From: Sphagnum compactum
Taxonomy: Eukaryota
Direction of reading: 5' to 3'
DNA: 64,000 nt
NCBI GenBank assembly: GCA_965153455.1
Contig: OZ234494.1
Coordinates: 12,276,001-12,340,000 of the forward strand
The translations under genes were made by a program, and so were the position numbers. This document shows positions 1-11,850 of the stretch, piece after piece (the stretch's first letter is position 1; every line of letters begins with the position of its first letter). Under the pieces are notes generated by a model. The model did no database searches. It had not been told where the DNA came from and saw nothing but the letters and a program-made list of their open reading frames with translations.

Positions 1-53
1 GCCCTGTGGTTATTGATTAGATCCTCACATTCTGTGTGCTCTCTGGTCTGCAG

Positions 54-1202
54 AAAAAGAGCACACGACTGGCATCCATTGACGACACGAGTGGTGAGGA
101 TTCGGCTGGAGCTGTTGACATCGTGCAACCAGATGTACAGCTGCCAGGTGCAGATAGTGAAGCCATCATGCCCGGGGTACCAGAAGTGACAGATCAAATA
201 GATCCAGAGGTGGCCCAATTGATACAGCAAATTGAGAGCATGAAAAGAGAAGGTTCAAGCACATGGTTGAACAACCTTGATGGGTTTTGGGAGAACAGTG
301 GGAGGAGGCCGAGCAGTGAAGAAAATTCTGAGCTGAACAGCAGCAGAGAGAATACTCCCAAGCAGAAAAGTCATCATTGGCACTGGATGAAGAGGAGAAA
401 ACATGGAACAGGAGAGGTCAGGAGAAACCTTGAGGAACTCTTGGTCCCAAAAGGTCGACCCCATGACTCAAGAGACGTCCTGGAGAGTGCACCACCTCTG
501 TTTGGAACCAAGGATGTTCGATTCAATGAAGAGGAGGAAGGTATTCTAGGCTCTTGGCAACCAAGAGATGATGGGGTTGATGGCCTGCCTGCATCACCAC
601 CACACTATGACAGTGCTCTGTTGCACCGGCGCCAGCATTTGAATGCAGAGATGCTGCAACTGCCCCTTGACACAGGCTCTCCTACTTCCAGTGACAGTGA
701 CAGCAATTCTCTCGATGGATCTCATGCTGCTGGCAGTGAAGGTGGACATGACAGCTCCTCCTCTGATGCAGATGAGGATAATGATGTCCAAACTGCTCCT
801 CTTCAGACCAGTGATGATGCTGAGCTGTGGAAGGATAGTCATGCTGGGCCAAGCTCATCTGAGCCTGCTGAACCTACTCAAGCAGAGGTCAGTAAGGAAT
901 CAAGCAAGTTGACAGCTAATGGGAGGGAGATGAAGCCATCTGAAGTACCTGAAACAGGCCAACAGTCACCCACATCTGCAGATGACATCATGGCAAGTGC
1001 TGGAGGAGGTACACCCCGACGAAGAAAGAAGCAAGCTCGGCGTATTGTGATACTGGAACCTGGAGCCAATCCGAATGAGCTTGTGAACTTTGGAGATAAG
1101 AGCCCTGCTACTGGAACAGGAGCATATCAGACTGGCGTTGCACCACGGCTTGCTGCTCCTCCAACATCACTTTTGAGGAGAGAATCGTCGCTTTCTTGTT
1201 GA
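54..1202 (+). CDS. Terminal exon of a gene starting left of the window; acidic/Ser-rich C-terminus, probably plant STK11IP-like ('outer arm dynein light chain 1'-annotated) LRR protein
   Basis: Pyrimidine-rich acceptor ctctggtctgcag ends at 53; open frame 54-1202 (KKSTRLASIDD...LLRRESSLSC*) with higher GC than the flanks. 'SRLASI' and 'EVAQLIQQIESMKREGSSTWL' recall the post-LRR segment of that family (from memory, no search run). Confidence 0.6.
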   Translation, partial: KKSTRLASIDDTSGEDSAGAVDIVQPDVQLPGADSEAIMPGVPEVTDQIDPEVAQLIQQIESMKREGSSTWLNNLDGFWENSGRRPSSEENSELNSSRENTPKQKSHHWHWMKRRKHGTGEVRRNLEELLVPKGRPHDSRDVLESAPPLFGTKDVRFNEEEEGILGSWQPRDDGVDGLPASPPHYDSALLHRRQHLNAEMLQLPLDTGSPTSSDSDSNSLDGSHAAGSEGGHDSSSSDADEDNDVQTAPLQTSDDAELWKDSHAGPSSSEPAEPTQAEVSKESSKLTANGREMKPSEVPETGQQSPTSADDIMASAGGGTPRRRKKQARRIVILEPGANPNELVNFGDKSPATGTGAYQTGVAPRLAAPPTSLLRRESSLSC

Positions 1203-1980
1203 GAGTGTAAAATTTGCAGGTGATATGAGTGAACAGATGGATGTCCCAAATATTGGAGTGTGGTGCTTGGTGGAAGTGTATAGATTGGGAATTTATTCCA
1301 AATTTCAGGTAGGTAGTTTCTGTGTTGCCTCAGTGTAGGCTTGTGGTCAAGTTGGTCTCATGTCATGTCTAGATGTTTTACTTGCTTAGCTTGATGGCCA
1401 TGTACATAATGAGATTATGGAAGTTGCGGGGTACCTTCCTCAAAGTATGGTGAGTTTCTGAGATTGAGATGCTACCTTTACTGGAGTCAGATATGCAAAA
1501 CTGCATCTTCATATATTGTATTGGGCATGCTTTCACCAATCCAGTAGGAGAAGAGTGGTTGTTTTGGACAGGAAGTTTTCATCATCCTTTTGACACATTT
1601 CGATTCAACCCCTGTCCTTCATTCATCTCTTGCAGATGTTCACACGCAAGTACTTGTGTGCCCCGAGCTCAATTTACAGCTGGCACAAGTGGCAGGATGC
1701 CTGAACTTTTGCTTTTTGCAGTCCTTTCTGATCTTGTTTGCCAAGATGTTTGGTTTATTACTTCAGAACTATTCTCTGAGTTCAAACAGGTTGCAGCTTA
1801 GTAGCTTGGAAAGATTGGATTCTCTTTCTCGTTCTCTCTATTCTCACTCTGACACTTGCAGTTTAGGAGCATGCACATGCAGGTGACAGGATTGGAAGAA
1901 GATACCAACAAACATGACACTGCTGACTGCAAATGATATGGTACCCACCCCTTCCCCTCCTGTAAATCCCTAGTCTAGTT

Positions 1981-2357
1981 GGCTACAGTGAAGCAGCACC
2001 CACCAGCACACCATGAAAGGATGGACGGTAAGTGGTTAGCAGACAGTTTTCTGTTGGGTTCCATCTCCCTAGCTAACCATGGTCATTAGCTCAGTTGCTT
2101 TTTTTAATTGCCTACCTACTAACAACCTTACTAACAACCCACAAGCAGAGGTTGTTAGTAGGTAGGTAGCCCTTACCATCTACTTACCTACTAGTTACCT
2201 ATTTTTGTACCTATCTACCTATACATGAGACCTTTTTCTTACAGAAGTGGTCATCAGAGGTGAAACCAAATATTAACTCAGTTGTGGATGAATCTCAACT
2301 GAGTAATAACATGCATCCGGTGGATGGTGCGCTGGTGGTTGCTGGTTCATGGTGGCC
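1981..2357. mobile_element. MITE-like element with ~34-bp imperfect terminal inverted repeats
   Basis: 5' ggctacagtgaagcagcacccaccagcacaccat (1981-2014) is the near reverse complement of atggtgcgctggtggttgctggttcatggtggcc (~2324-2357); interior has (ctac/gtag)n low complexity; no clean TSD. Confidence 0.6.
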
Positions 2358-2607
2358 CTGTCCAAAGGCTGCCTGCCCATTTGTACTGTCTTGTTCAGAA
2401 GCAAAACCTACTTTGTGAAGTCCAATGACAATGAAAAGCCTGGTTTAGTTGTTTCCTTTCTCTGCCTTCCATAATATGAAAATGGACAAAGCAGCCAATG
2501 TTTTTAATTTCTTTGTTCATTGGTCACATTCAGTTTGTTGTTTGAGACTTGGATAAGGGTAGGAGGCCTATATTGTTTCTTCCAATTGTGAATTTGACTT
2601 ATGGTAA

Positions 2608-3420
2608 TCTATATAGTAAGATAGATGTTTGTTTTGTTTTGTTTTGTTTTGTTTGTGACCACAGCTTAACCCTCCTGAACTGTAGGGCCCCTCATAGTGC
2701 TTTTGGTATCATTGGAAAGCTCTTAGCAGTGCAATGTGCATGGTGGTTGTTTCGCAGTTTTTCAACCAATCAATGCCTTTTCATCACTTTGACACTTGAA
2801 TTCACAATTGTCTCTTCACCTCTTTGGGAAATGCATAAGGAATCTCCTATTAATCGTCATATTGGCCATCCTATCATTAGCCATCTCAACCAATCAATGC
2901 CTTCTCATATCATATGAGCAAATGCCATTTGCCTCTTCATCTCATGGACAAATGCATTGGGAAGCTCGCATTGGCTGTTCATTATTACCCCTTCTATTTC
3001 AACTTTCACAATCGAAACCTTAACACCCATTCACATCTCAAATCTTAATACTTGGGGCCAATGACACTTTATCTTCTTTATTGGTATGCCAATGGGCAAT
3101 CATATTGCCTTCGAGGCTCTAAAGGATGAAACTGGGAGGAAAACTTTTTTTAAGTCTTTAAGAGACATGACTTTTCAGAATAACTCAATTGTAAATATTT
3201 TTTAAATTTGTTAGTTTTAATTCATTTTCAATGATGAAATTCATTCTAAATTCATAACTTTTGCTCTATCTGTCCATCTGAAAATTGTGAAACACCTTGC
3301 ACATTGTCTTGTTGAGGGCTTTATATGACAGTACCAAAATCACTCTGAGGGCCCCAGAGGTTGCGAGGGTTTAGGTGGTGTGATCACAAAACAAAACAAA
3401 CACCAATCTCAATATATAGA
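2608..3420. mobile_element. Two inverted copies of a Helitron-like 5' terminal repeat (~150 bp each)
   Basis: a|TCTATATAGTAAGATAGATGTTTGTTTTG...GGGCCCCTCATAGTGCTTTTGGTA...CAATGTGCA (+ from 2608) and a|TCTATATATTGAGATTGGTGTTTGTTTTG...GGGGCCCTCAGAGTGATTTTGGTA...CAATGTGCA (- from 3420); both begin with TC after an A. Confidence 0.6.
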
Positions 3421-3589
3421 TATGAAAACAAATTGACACAGAGTTTTGCTTCTAGTTATTTTTTCCCCCAAAATTGTTTGCAATTACTTCTAAATGTGGA
3501 TAAGCAACAAATTGAGCAGTTTAGATGTGCCCCAAATCTCTTTCACAAGACTCCAAAAACCCCTAGGCTGAAATTGGGCTTTGAACTTT

Positions 3590-3840
3590 TCCTAATTAGT
3601 CCAAAGATTGATCTGATCAAATCCAGTGTTTGATTGATTGATTGATTTGATCAAAATTCTTGCTACATTTAAACACAAAGGATTTGAGATGATGGGATTT
3701 CTGGGTTTTTCATGATTGGTCCAAAAATTGATTTGATCAAATTCAGTTTTAGATTGATTGATTAATTTGATCAAAACTCTTGATGCAGGAAGTACACACA
3801 AAGGACTTGAGATGATGGGATTTTGGGGAAAATTGATCAG
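3590..3840 (+). repeat. Tandem duplication, ~120-bp unit x2
   Basis: tccaaa(g/a)attgat(c/t)tgatcaaat(c/t)cagt...gattgattgatt...tttgatcaaaa(t/c)tcttg...acacaaagga(t/c)ttgagatgatgggattt occurs at ~3600 and ~3720. Confidence 0.8.
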
Positions 3841-4729
3841 TGGGTCTTCCAGAATCTGTGGAGTGTTTGCATGCAGCTAACCAGAGTTTGTGTGCTCCAA
3901 CATTCAAGATCTTTGCAAAGCTTTGATAGATGCATGCAAAAGTTTGATAGAAGAAATCTCAGTACAAATTATTACAACTGGAGCTTCTCATGTTTTTGTA
4001 CAATTTTATTACTAATGTTGTATGTCAGCCAGGTGAAAGTACAATGATATGCCCCTGGACTTTATCCATGTTCTTCTGCATGAACCACATCCTTTGCTAA
4101 ATAATATACACTCTTATCCATGTTCTTTAGCAGGAAAGACATCCTGTGTTAAACAACACCCACTAATAGATTATGGATGGAAACATACCAATCAACTGTC
4201 CTTATTAGGGAGGCAGCAGTCCACTCCACACCTCATTCCAAAGAAATTAAGACCATCTTTGTCTAGCACAGAATCTGAATCAGAGTCCATAGTCACAACT
4301 ATCATGAGATTGGGATCTGAGGTAACTGAAAATGTGCCTAGTTATCACATGTCTATTGAAAATATTCTCTAAGACTACCGTGTCTGGTAGTCATTGCCCA
4401 TATCCCACAAAATTCCCAGTGTATAAAGTGGGGTACTTCATACAGTTTTATGCAGCTTTGTCCCTAAGTATTATTGAGCAGGCTTCTGGGGATCTGAATA
4501 TAGACCACTGCTCAACAAGCCCAGATTCAAACTCAAAATGCAATCAGGACAGACAAACTTCTTCACATGTGCCAACAATCTGTTCACATTGTGACTGACA
4601 TCCAAGCTGTCGAGAATAAGTCAAATTATGTGTTAAGACTTCAACGCCATCACCTTACAATACCTGTTCCTGGGGTGGCTTCAGAAAGCTTGACAAGCTT
4701 TGGATGCTTTCTCAGTGCCCTCAACTCTC

Positions 4730-7700
4730 TCAAGGGGTACTTGCAATGATTGCTTCTCCATGCTGCTGCTCAAGTTTCTCAAGCTGTTTTTGTGCTTCGG
4801 TGAGGGCATCTTTTGAATCCTCACCTTGCTTCTCCAGTTCTCCAACAATGTGTTTTGAACATGCGATTGCTTCAGCATACCTGTCAGAAGGAAAAGACAT
4901 GCAACATGTTTGTAAGTAAACATACGAGCATGCATTATTAAGCTATGTGGACAATATACACTTTGTGTAGACAGTTGGGAACAAGTCAAAATGATACCTT
5001 TCAAGCCTGGTATACACTCGGACAAGGTTATAATACACAGCAAGAGTGTCGTGTTGGCCTGGCCCATGTGTCTTACTCAAAATACCCTTTGCTTCCTCAA
5101 AAAGCTCTGCTGCTGTGCTCAAATTTTCAAGCTCCACATGTGCAACACCCAAATGGTTGAGCACCAATGCAAGTGAAAAATGAGCATCCCCAAAGGTCTG
5201 CCTCAGGCTATTGGCAGATTCTTCCATGTATGGGATGGCTTCTTGCACTTTTCCAGTGAAGAAGAGAAGCATTCCAATTTGAGCTTGAGCACCTGCAGCT
5301 GCATTCAGTTGCTGGGGTATCTTCTTGAAGACTTCCACTGCCTGTTTTAGAAGCCGGATTGCTTCTTCAAACTGGCCTGCACGTTCATAAATAGCTGCAA
5401 GTTCTGTGAAACCTTCTCCAACAGCAAGTGCATCTGGACTTTGTGCATTCAAGTCCTCCATTTTCTGCTCAAAGAACTTTACTGCCGTACTGCCATAACA
5501 TGGTAGGTATATCAGCACATCATGGACAGCATCAATAGGTAGATCAAAATGTTGCAACACAAGATGCTTAACAATGCCTTCTCTTTGAGATTACAATTGG
5601 CAAGTGGGTGTGACCATCTCACCCAAAACAAGAGTGAAAAGTGACTTTACATGCCATGTAAGTGTGTTTGAATGATAATTGTCTGGGTTAGTTTTGGAGA
5701 CTTCTGGTAACGATTGATGGCATGCAAAGCAACTTCTTGTCCAGGTTTCAAGGTTCGAAAACAGTTGTGGCATGACAACTGAATGAAACAACAATCTGGT
5801 GTGAACCCTCACCAAGAATCTGAAGGTCTCCCATGAGCTAAAATGCCTCAACCAACAGTGCAAGTGGACAATTCATAATTGCAAAAGCTAATAGTGATCT
5901 GTTCATCTACCCTAGTACATGAAGCTACCATTCCCATACCTGCACTGTGATAACGCATCCTCCATTTTGCCCTGCTGTGCCAAAGCCTTGGCAAGGTTCA
6001 CTGTAGCAAGGGCCCTCATCGAGCTCCCTTCATCCATTTGAGACATGGCACTTTGGAGAGAGGCAATTGCATCATCATATCGCTTTAAAGTGATTTGGGT
6101 ATCAGCCACAGCAATTTCTACAAATACAGCCTCCTCCGCAAAGTTCTTCTCCTTCAGAATTTTTTTCACAATCTGTTGTTCTTCCAGAGCTTTTTCATGT
6201 TCCTCCAGTCCACTGTATATTACAGCTAGTAGCCGCCGGTCAATTGCCTCATCCATGGAACCAGCACCGTGGAGTTTCTCGTGGATCTCCAGTGCCTTTT
6301 CTACCAAGGCCTTTGCTTCATCATAGAACATTACCTGTGTGAATGCCTCACCAACCTGCATAAAACCCAAAAAAAGTGCTGTCAGAATTCTAAGTAGCAG
6401 ATGGACTCAAAACTCAACTTACCTTCACACTCTGTTCCATTTCATCTTAGCCTTCATCCTTGAAATAGAGAGAAATCAATTGAGTGTGATCTGACAGATT
6501 TGTGCTGTTCAATCAACAGCAAAATGCCACGCTAACCTGTCGGTAGTTGGTCGCAAGTTGAGGATGACCGGCCTCCAATACTGTTTCTTGCACTGACAAG
6601 CCAACACAGTAGTGATGAAGGGCCTCCTCATGCTTTCCAAATGCAGCCAACGTGTCACCAAGCAAGAAATGCACAGCAAATTTGACAGGATCATAATCTT
6701 TTCCCTCTTTGTCTTTCAAGAGCTCCAGAGCCTGATTCAAGCTTTCGAGGCTCTTGTCATGTTGCCCCATTCGGTGGAATGCTGAGGCAATCAGGTGGTG
6801 ACACATTGCTGTCTCCGCTGAAAATCTTGGAGCACAGGACTCAAATATCTTGCGCGCTCGCTCCCCATGACTAAGAAACAGCTCAGGGCTTTCACCTGCA
6901 GATTCATACTCCTGACCCAGCCGCAAAGCAATGATGGCAATGCGGGCATCATTAGGGTCTCCACTTGTCTCTAGTTCTTGAAGCATTTGTTTGAGGCTGT
7001 CGATGCTCACTGCCCTTCCTGCATCATCACCAGGCCACACTCCCATCAGTGCTACTGTTCAGAATGAGACTATTCAAACACACCCATAAGAATATTGGAA
7101 AACCCTCTAAAAGAACTACTAGCATGTGTGTGTAAAATTGGTCATCAGGCAGCCATCAGGAAATTTGAGCTTCTCCCTCAAAAGAACTGACTAAGAAACT
7201 CCGTGAGGTTTCTGAGTTAGCAGGATAGCATCTGATAGTGGAAACAAATAAATGCAACAAGTTTTGGTTCTCAAGCTACCACAGCAAGGGATACTCACCT
7301 TCCCCTTCTTTTAGGGCCTTCTCATACTCAATCTCAGCTTCTCTAAGTATGGCAGCTTCTTCAGCTGTTAAATCTTCTTCACTCCCTATTCCTGCAAACA
7401 ATATAAAGTATTACCAGGGGATATGTACACTAAACTGAGCTATGAAATTAAGTAGGCAGTTTTGTTCCTGTATTTGTGCCAGTATCATGGACATTTTCGC
7501 AAAGATGACAAAGTCTTGAAGTGACTAGCATTTACAATACTGTTTAGAAAAATAGAAAATAACTTGTTACAAGTGCCTTTTGAAGGCTCCAAAGTGAATT
7601 TCTGTGCAATGTAACTGCATTGAAAAAATGAGAGCATTTCTCACAAGGAAAAAATTCCAATGGAAAGTCCCATGTAATTTCTTCTCAATCATACATCTGA

Positions 7701-9149
7701 TCACAACAGCTCTGTCTTGCCATTTGAGTAAAACAATTGAACTGGCTCATTGACTTGTCAACTTCAACAATGGACCCAAATCCTGAACATAATCTACATA
7801 ACAATGAGAGCTGCTCGATCATGAGCATGCAGGGCTGGCTCAGGTGTTCTGTGGATGATCACTGGTTGATGTGGGACATGATTACCAACTTCAAGAATGG
7901 GTTCTCTTGAACTAACCTGGCTGAGAGGGAGGGGTACTCAATAATAAAAGTAGGACTGGCTTAAGGTTTCCTAGGAAACAATCAGGTAGTTGATTGAAGC
8001 AAACCCGTACCTTGAGGACCACCTGGCCCATCTTGAGCTCTGACTGATTGAACCCCTTCAGAGGTCGGTGCTTTAGCTTCCGACAAAAGCTCTTCTCTGA
8101 TCTTGCTCTCATGCAAACCTTGCTTCTGTGAGGAAGTTTCCATTTCTGATTGAGCCCCAGGCTCTGCACTATAATGTCTCAGACATACCGAACTCCTGCT
8201 AAATGCCAGAGTCTCTTGACTAGAGAATTTGTTGCATCTGTTCCAAGGACTGAATGATCGATCCAAATATCCACTAAGACGACCAGCCTTCTGATTGATG
8301 TCAGCAGTTCCTGGTAACGTTGTAGCCTTCAAGTCTTGTGCATCCCTACAAGCATTGAAGTAGGCATTCCCTGCTAATTTTCTCCACTGGCCAACATGAT
8401 GGGGTTTTGTGAGCATTGTCTCACATCCATCCCAATTTTCACAATGATTTCCTAATGCACAGTACTGGTGAGTTCTGACTGATTTTGCCCCATCATATAT
8501 GCCTGCAAACAAATACCATTTTTGTGAGTGACTGCAGTTGATTCATCTCAACCATTGCACAGAAACCAGCTGGTCACTAGGTTGCATTGAAATGAATCCC
8601 AGACACGAGATAAACCCTAACAAGGGTTTCAAAACTAGAGTTTTTCAACAAGGAAGATCATCACCCCAGCATTGCAAGCATGCAACTGCTGAGAGCTCCA
8701 AAATGACATGAAACCCTAAAACCCCTAAAACTCAACAAGGTAGTCAAAACTACAGTAAATGAAACAGAACAGTTAGATCTAATAACTTCTCGTAGCGATC
8801 GTAGCGATCCCCCAGCGTTGCATGCTTGAAATGTGCGCGTGTAACTTTTAAGAAAAAATGTCACAAGCGACTAGAACGGATTTAGGATTTGATCCTTGAA
8901 GTACGCTCTTGTTCTGTTGATGTCAAGGGGCTCAGAAGTGTCTAGAGTTTAGGATGCAGGAAGAAACGACGAAAAAATCAGAGCAATAATTCAAGCACGG
9001 GTATTGAATCGCAACGAAAACAGCAACAATGCGCAAGCATGTTAAAACTAGAGTCCCAAGTAATAAAACAAGAGCCAAATACCAGCTCTCAAGCATCTGG
9101 CAGCAGCAGTGGAGAGACTACGCCAGGAACCTCTCCCAGAGGCCCCCAT
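4730..9149 (-). CDS. Kinesin light chain-related TPR protein (Arabidopsis AT2G31240-like) with a putative mitochondrial/organellar presequence, ~742 aa
   Basis: Exons 9149-9083, 8502-8011, 7391-7299, 7054-6537, 6355-5940, 5489-4998, 4880-4730; all GT-AG, phases consistent, 2229 nt total. KLC-type TPRs (ALEIHEKLHG...DRRLLAVIYSGLEEHEKALE; QTFGDAHFSLALVLNHLGVAH). N-terminus MGASGRGSWRSLSTAAARCLRAG is Arg/Ser/Ala-rich and lacks acidic residues. Confidence 0.85.
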
Positions 9150-9474
9150 TACAGAGGGCTAAAAACCGACACTGAAGCGCTCCTTGCTTCACGCTGGATC
9201 CACAGCCTATGGAGGTTCAAAAACTGCAACAAAACATCAAAGGAAGTAGATCCAAGAAACCCATATGGCTGGCTCAGATGTTCGACAAAGACGATGACAG
9301 AAAGATCATCTCCAAAAGGCTAAATAGTGGATCCGTTTCTGCCTCCTCCTCTGCAGCCTCCTCTTCCGCCTCCTCCTCCTCCTCCTCCTCCTCCTCCAAC
9401 ACCCAAAACACCAAAGATTGCAATGGAACACAGCACAGTGCGCGGAGAAAATCGAGTAGAGAAAATTCTTTCCT

Positions 9475-10075
9475 TGCAAAGAAGGGTTTTACGGTTTAGG
9501 GTTCAGAATGTTTTAGGGTTTAAGCAAAGAAGGGTTTTACGGTTTGGGGCTCAGAATATTTTAGGGTTTAGGGTTTTAGCCCTTGCAAAAGAAGGGTTTT
9601 AGGGTTTAGGGCTCAGAATGTGTTGGGTTTAGGGTTTTTGTCCTTGCAAAGAAGGGTTTTAGGGTTTAGGGCTCAGAATGTTTTAGGGTCTAGGGTTTGA
9701 GTCCTTGCAAAGAAGGGTTTCACGGTCTGGAGCTCAAAATGGTCTTAGGGTTTAGGGTTTTAGTCCTTGCAAAGAAAGGTTTTATGGTTAAGAGCTCCAA
9801 ATGTTTTAGGGTTTAAGGTTTTAGTCCTTGCAAAGAAGGGTTTTAAGGTTTAGGGCTCAGAATGTTTTCGGAGGGTTTAGGGCTTCAGTCCCTGCAAAGA
9901 AGGGTTTTTTTGGTTAAGGGCTCAGAATGTTTTAGGGTTAAGGGTTTTAGTCCTTGCAAAGAAGGGTTTTATGGTTTAGGACTCAGAATGTTTCTAGGGT
10001 TTAGGGTTTTAGTCCCTGCAAAGAAGGGTTTTATGGTTTAGGACTCAGAAAGTTTTTAGGGTTTAGGGTTTTAGG
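9475..10075 (+). repeat. Minisatellite, ~60-bp unit x~10, built from TTTAGGG telomere-type motifs (telo-boxes on the - strand)
   Basis: Unit ~gaagggtttt(a/t)(g/t)ggtttagggctcagaatgttttagggtttagggttttagtccttgcaaa; gaagggtttt recurs at ~9481, 9591, 9651, 9712, 9834, 9899, 9961, 10023. Confidence 0.9.
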
Positions 10076-10487
10076 CTCCCACACTACTGATGGGGTTCAG
10101 TTGTTGTTGGTCTGGTATATAGGCCTATGCATGGTAGGTAGGTCTATAGACTCCATCTATGCACTGGTATTGAAATTTGAATTAATTAATTTTTTTAAAT
10201 AATAATAATTAATTTTAAATTTTAAAAAATCAAATAACAAAAAATATATATGAAGGAAAATATTAAATCTTCAAGAATATTCTACTTGTTAAAATGAAAT
10301 TTTTCAAAATTAACTAATTATTCAACAGACATGTGTCAAAGTTGCCATGGTACCATGGTAAAACAATAAGCCTAATAACTAGGTAATAATGTAATAACTA
10401 GTCACAAAGGGTAGGCCCATTCATGGGTCCTTCCCTTGGTTCCCCCCAAGGTCCCCTACTTCTTCTAGTGGGCGGAGTGTTTCACAT

Positions 10488-10615
10488 AACCAACAATAAA
10501 ACCCTAATTAGAACATGAGAACCAACAATAAAACCCTAATTAGAACATGAGAACCAACAATAAAACCCTAATTAGAACATGAGAACCAACAATAAAACCC
10601 TAATTAGAACATGAG
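10488..10615 (+). repeat. Perfect 32-bp tandem repeat x4, each unit containing the telo-box AAACCCTAA
   Basis: aaccaacaataaaaccctaattagaacatgag repeated four times exactly. Confidence 0.95.
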
Positions 10616-11557
10616 GCAATACAATCATAGAGGAGCCCATATGAGATGAGGCTCTTATGTTTCAAAAGTAGTTCAAATATGCCCAAAATTGAATATGGAT
10701 GTGACTCTTTCATTGAGCAAAGTGTGGGGAATTGAGTTTTGGTTTAGGGTTTAGGGTTTAGTGATCATTGTACCACTAATTTTGGAGCCTTCCATATTGT
10801 TCTTACAATCATTCAATGATTTATAATCAACTTACCACCTTCGTGTATAAATCTTTGAAAATCTCGCCAATAGTTTGTCCTTGCTCTTGAAATTCTTAAA
10901 AACGTCCATATATACATGTCAAGTCTTGGGTTTAGGGTTTAGGGTTTAGTAAGTATGCACCAAATATGACATCAATATAACATTGGTTGAAAGTTCAAAA
11001 ACCCACTCTTTTCAATCATATTGGAAAATTTGTTTTCATCCATTTGCTATTTCTTGAATTTTTGCTCATTTGTTTGTTTTTTTTTTTCCTTTCGAAACAC
11101 TTATATATTGTAATGCAGATTAGGTTCATTATCATACACAAATTCAATGATTAATTAATTGGATTGTGTGTTCAAGTGCCAATGGGTGCACAAATTGCTC
11201 TTGGAATGTTGAACTTTTATTTAATATTCCTTTAAAAATGATTAAATTCTTCAATTCTCCAATCCACAATATTTTGTAACATGGAAATGATGATGTGAAC
11301 CTACGATATTTTATTCGTAAAAACAAATGAGGATGACAATTCAAGCAACTCTACCTCAAGAAGCTCTGTCTTAAAACAATGTTTTACATAAAATTTACAA
11401 AAACATGCAATGAAAATGTTTTCATTATTGTGAACTCAAGTTAAATGGGTTTAAGTGTTCATTGACTTCTAAATGAAAAGGGCCTTTGAATGTATATATA
11501 TATACTAACAAATCATATTTACAAACTCAAAATTAGAACTCCACAATATGTAAGGTC

Positions 11558-11850
11558 ACACCATGGTTTTTTTCTTAATTTTATAATTTAATTGAAATGG
11601 CAATCATCCACAACATGATTTAAATAAGTTTGGCTACATATTAGATATGAAAATTAGGGGGGAAAAAACAAAAGACTTCTATATTCTTGGCTACCTACTA
11701 GAACTTATCATAAAAATTTAGCAATTTGGAAAAAAAAATTCTCAAAATTTAGCAAATTTGGGCCTTTTTTAATGAAAAATCCTTTTTATGGGTTGACATC
11801 ATTTTTTTATGTCAAAATCTGATGAAATTTCACCTAAAAAATAAATTGGG
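11558..11850. repeat. Interspersed repeat (MITE-like); related copy in a WD40-gene intron at ~19927-20225
   Basis: Shared blocks (aa/ag)tggcaat..., gattta..aa...tggcta, ttctatatt(c/t)ttggctac and tgaaatttcacc in both loci. Confidence 0.55.

Noticed and set aside
9209-9602. Poly-Ser/poly-Pro ORFs on the + strand
   Set aside because: Translations of a (CCT)n microsatellite in the TPR gene's 5' region.
9475-10075. True telomere or chromosome-fusion site
   Set aside because: TTTAGGG motifs are embedded in a 60-bp higher-order unit with non-telomeric sequence; there is no long pure array or head-to-head junction.
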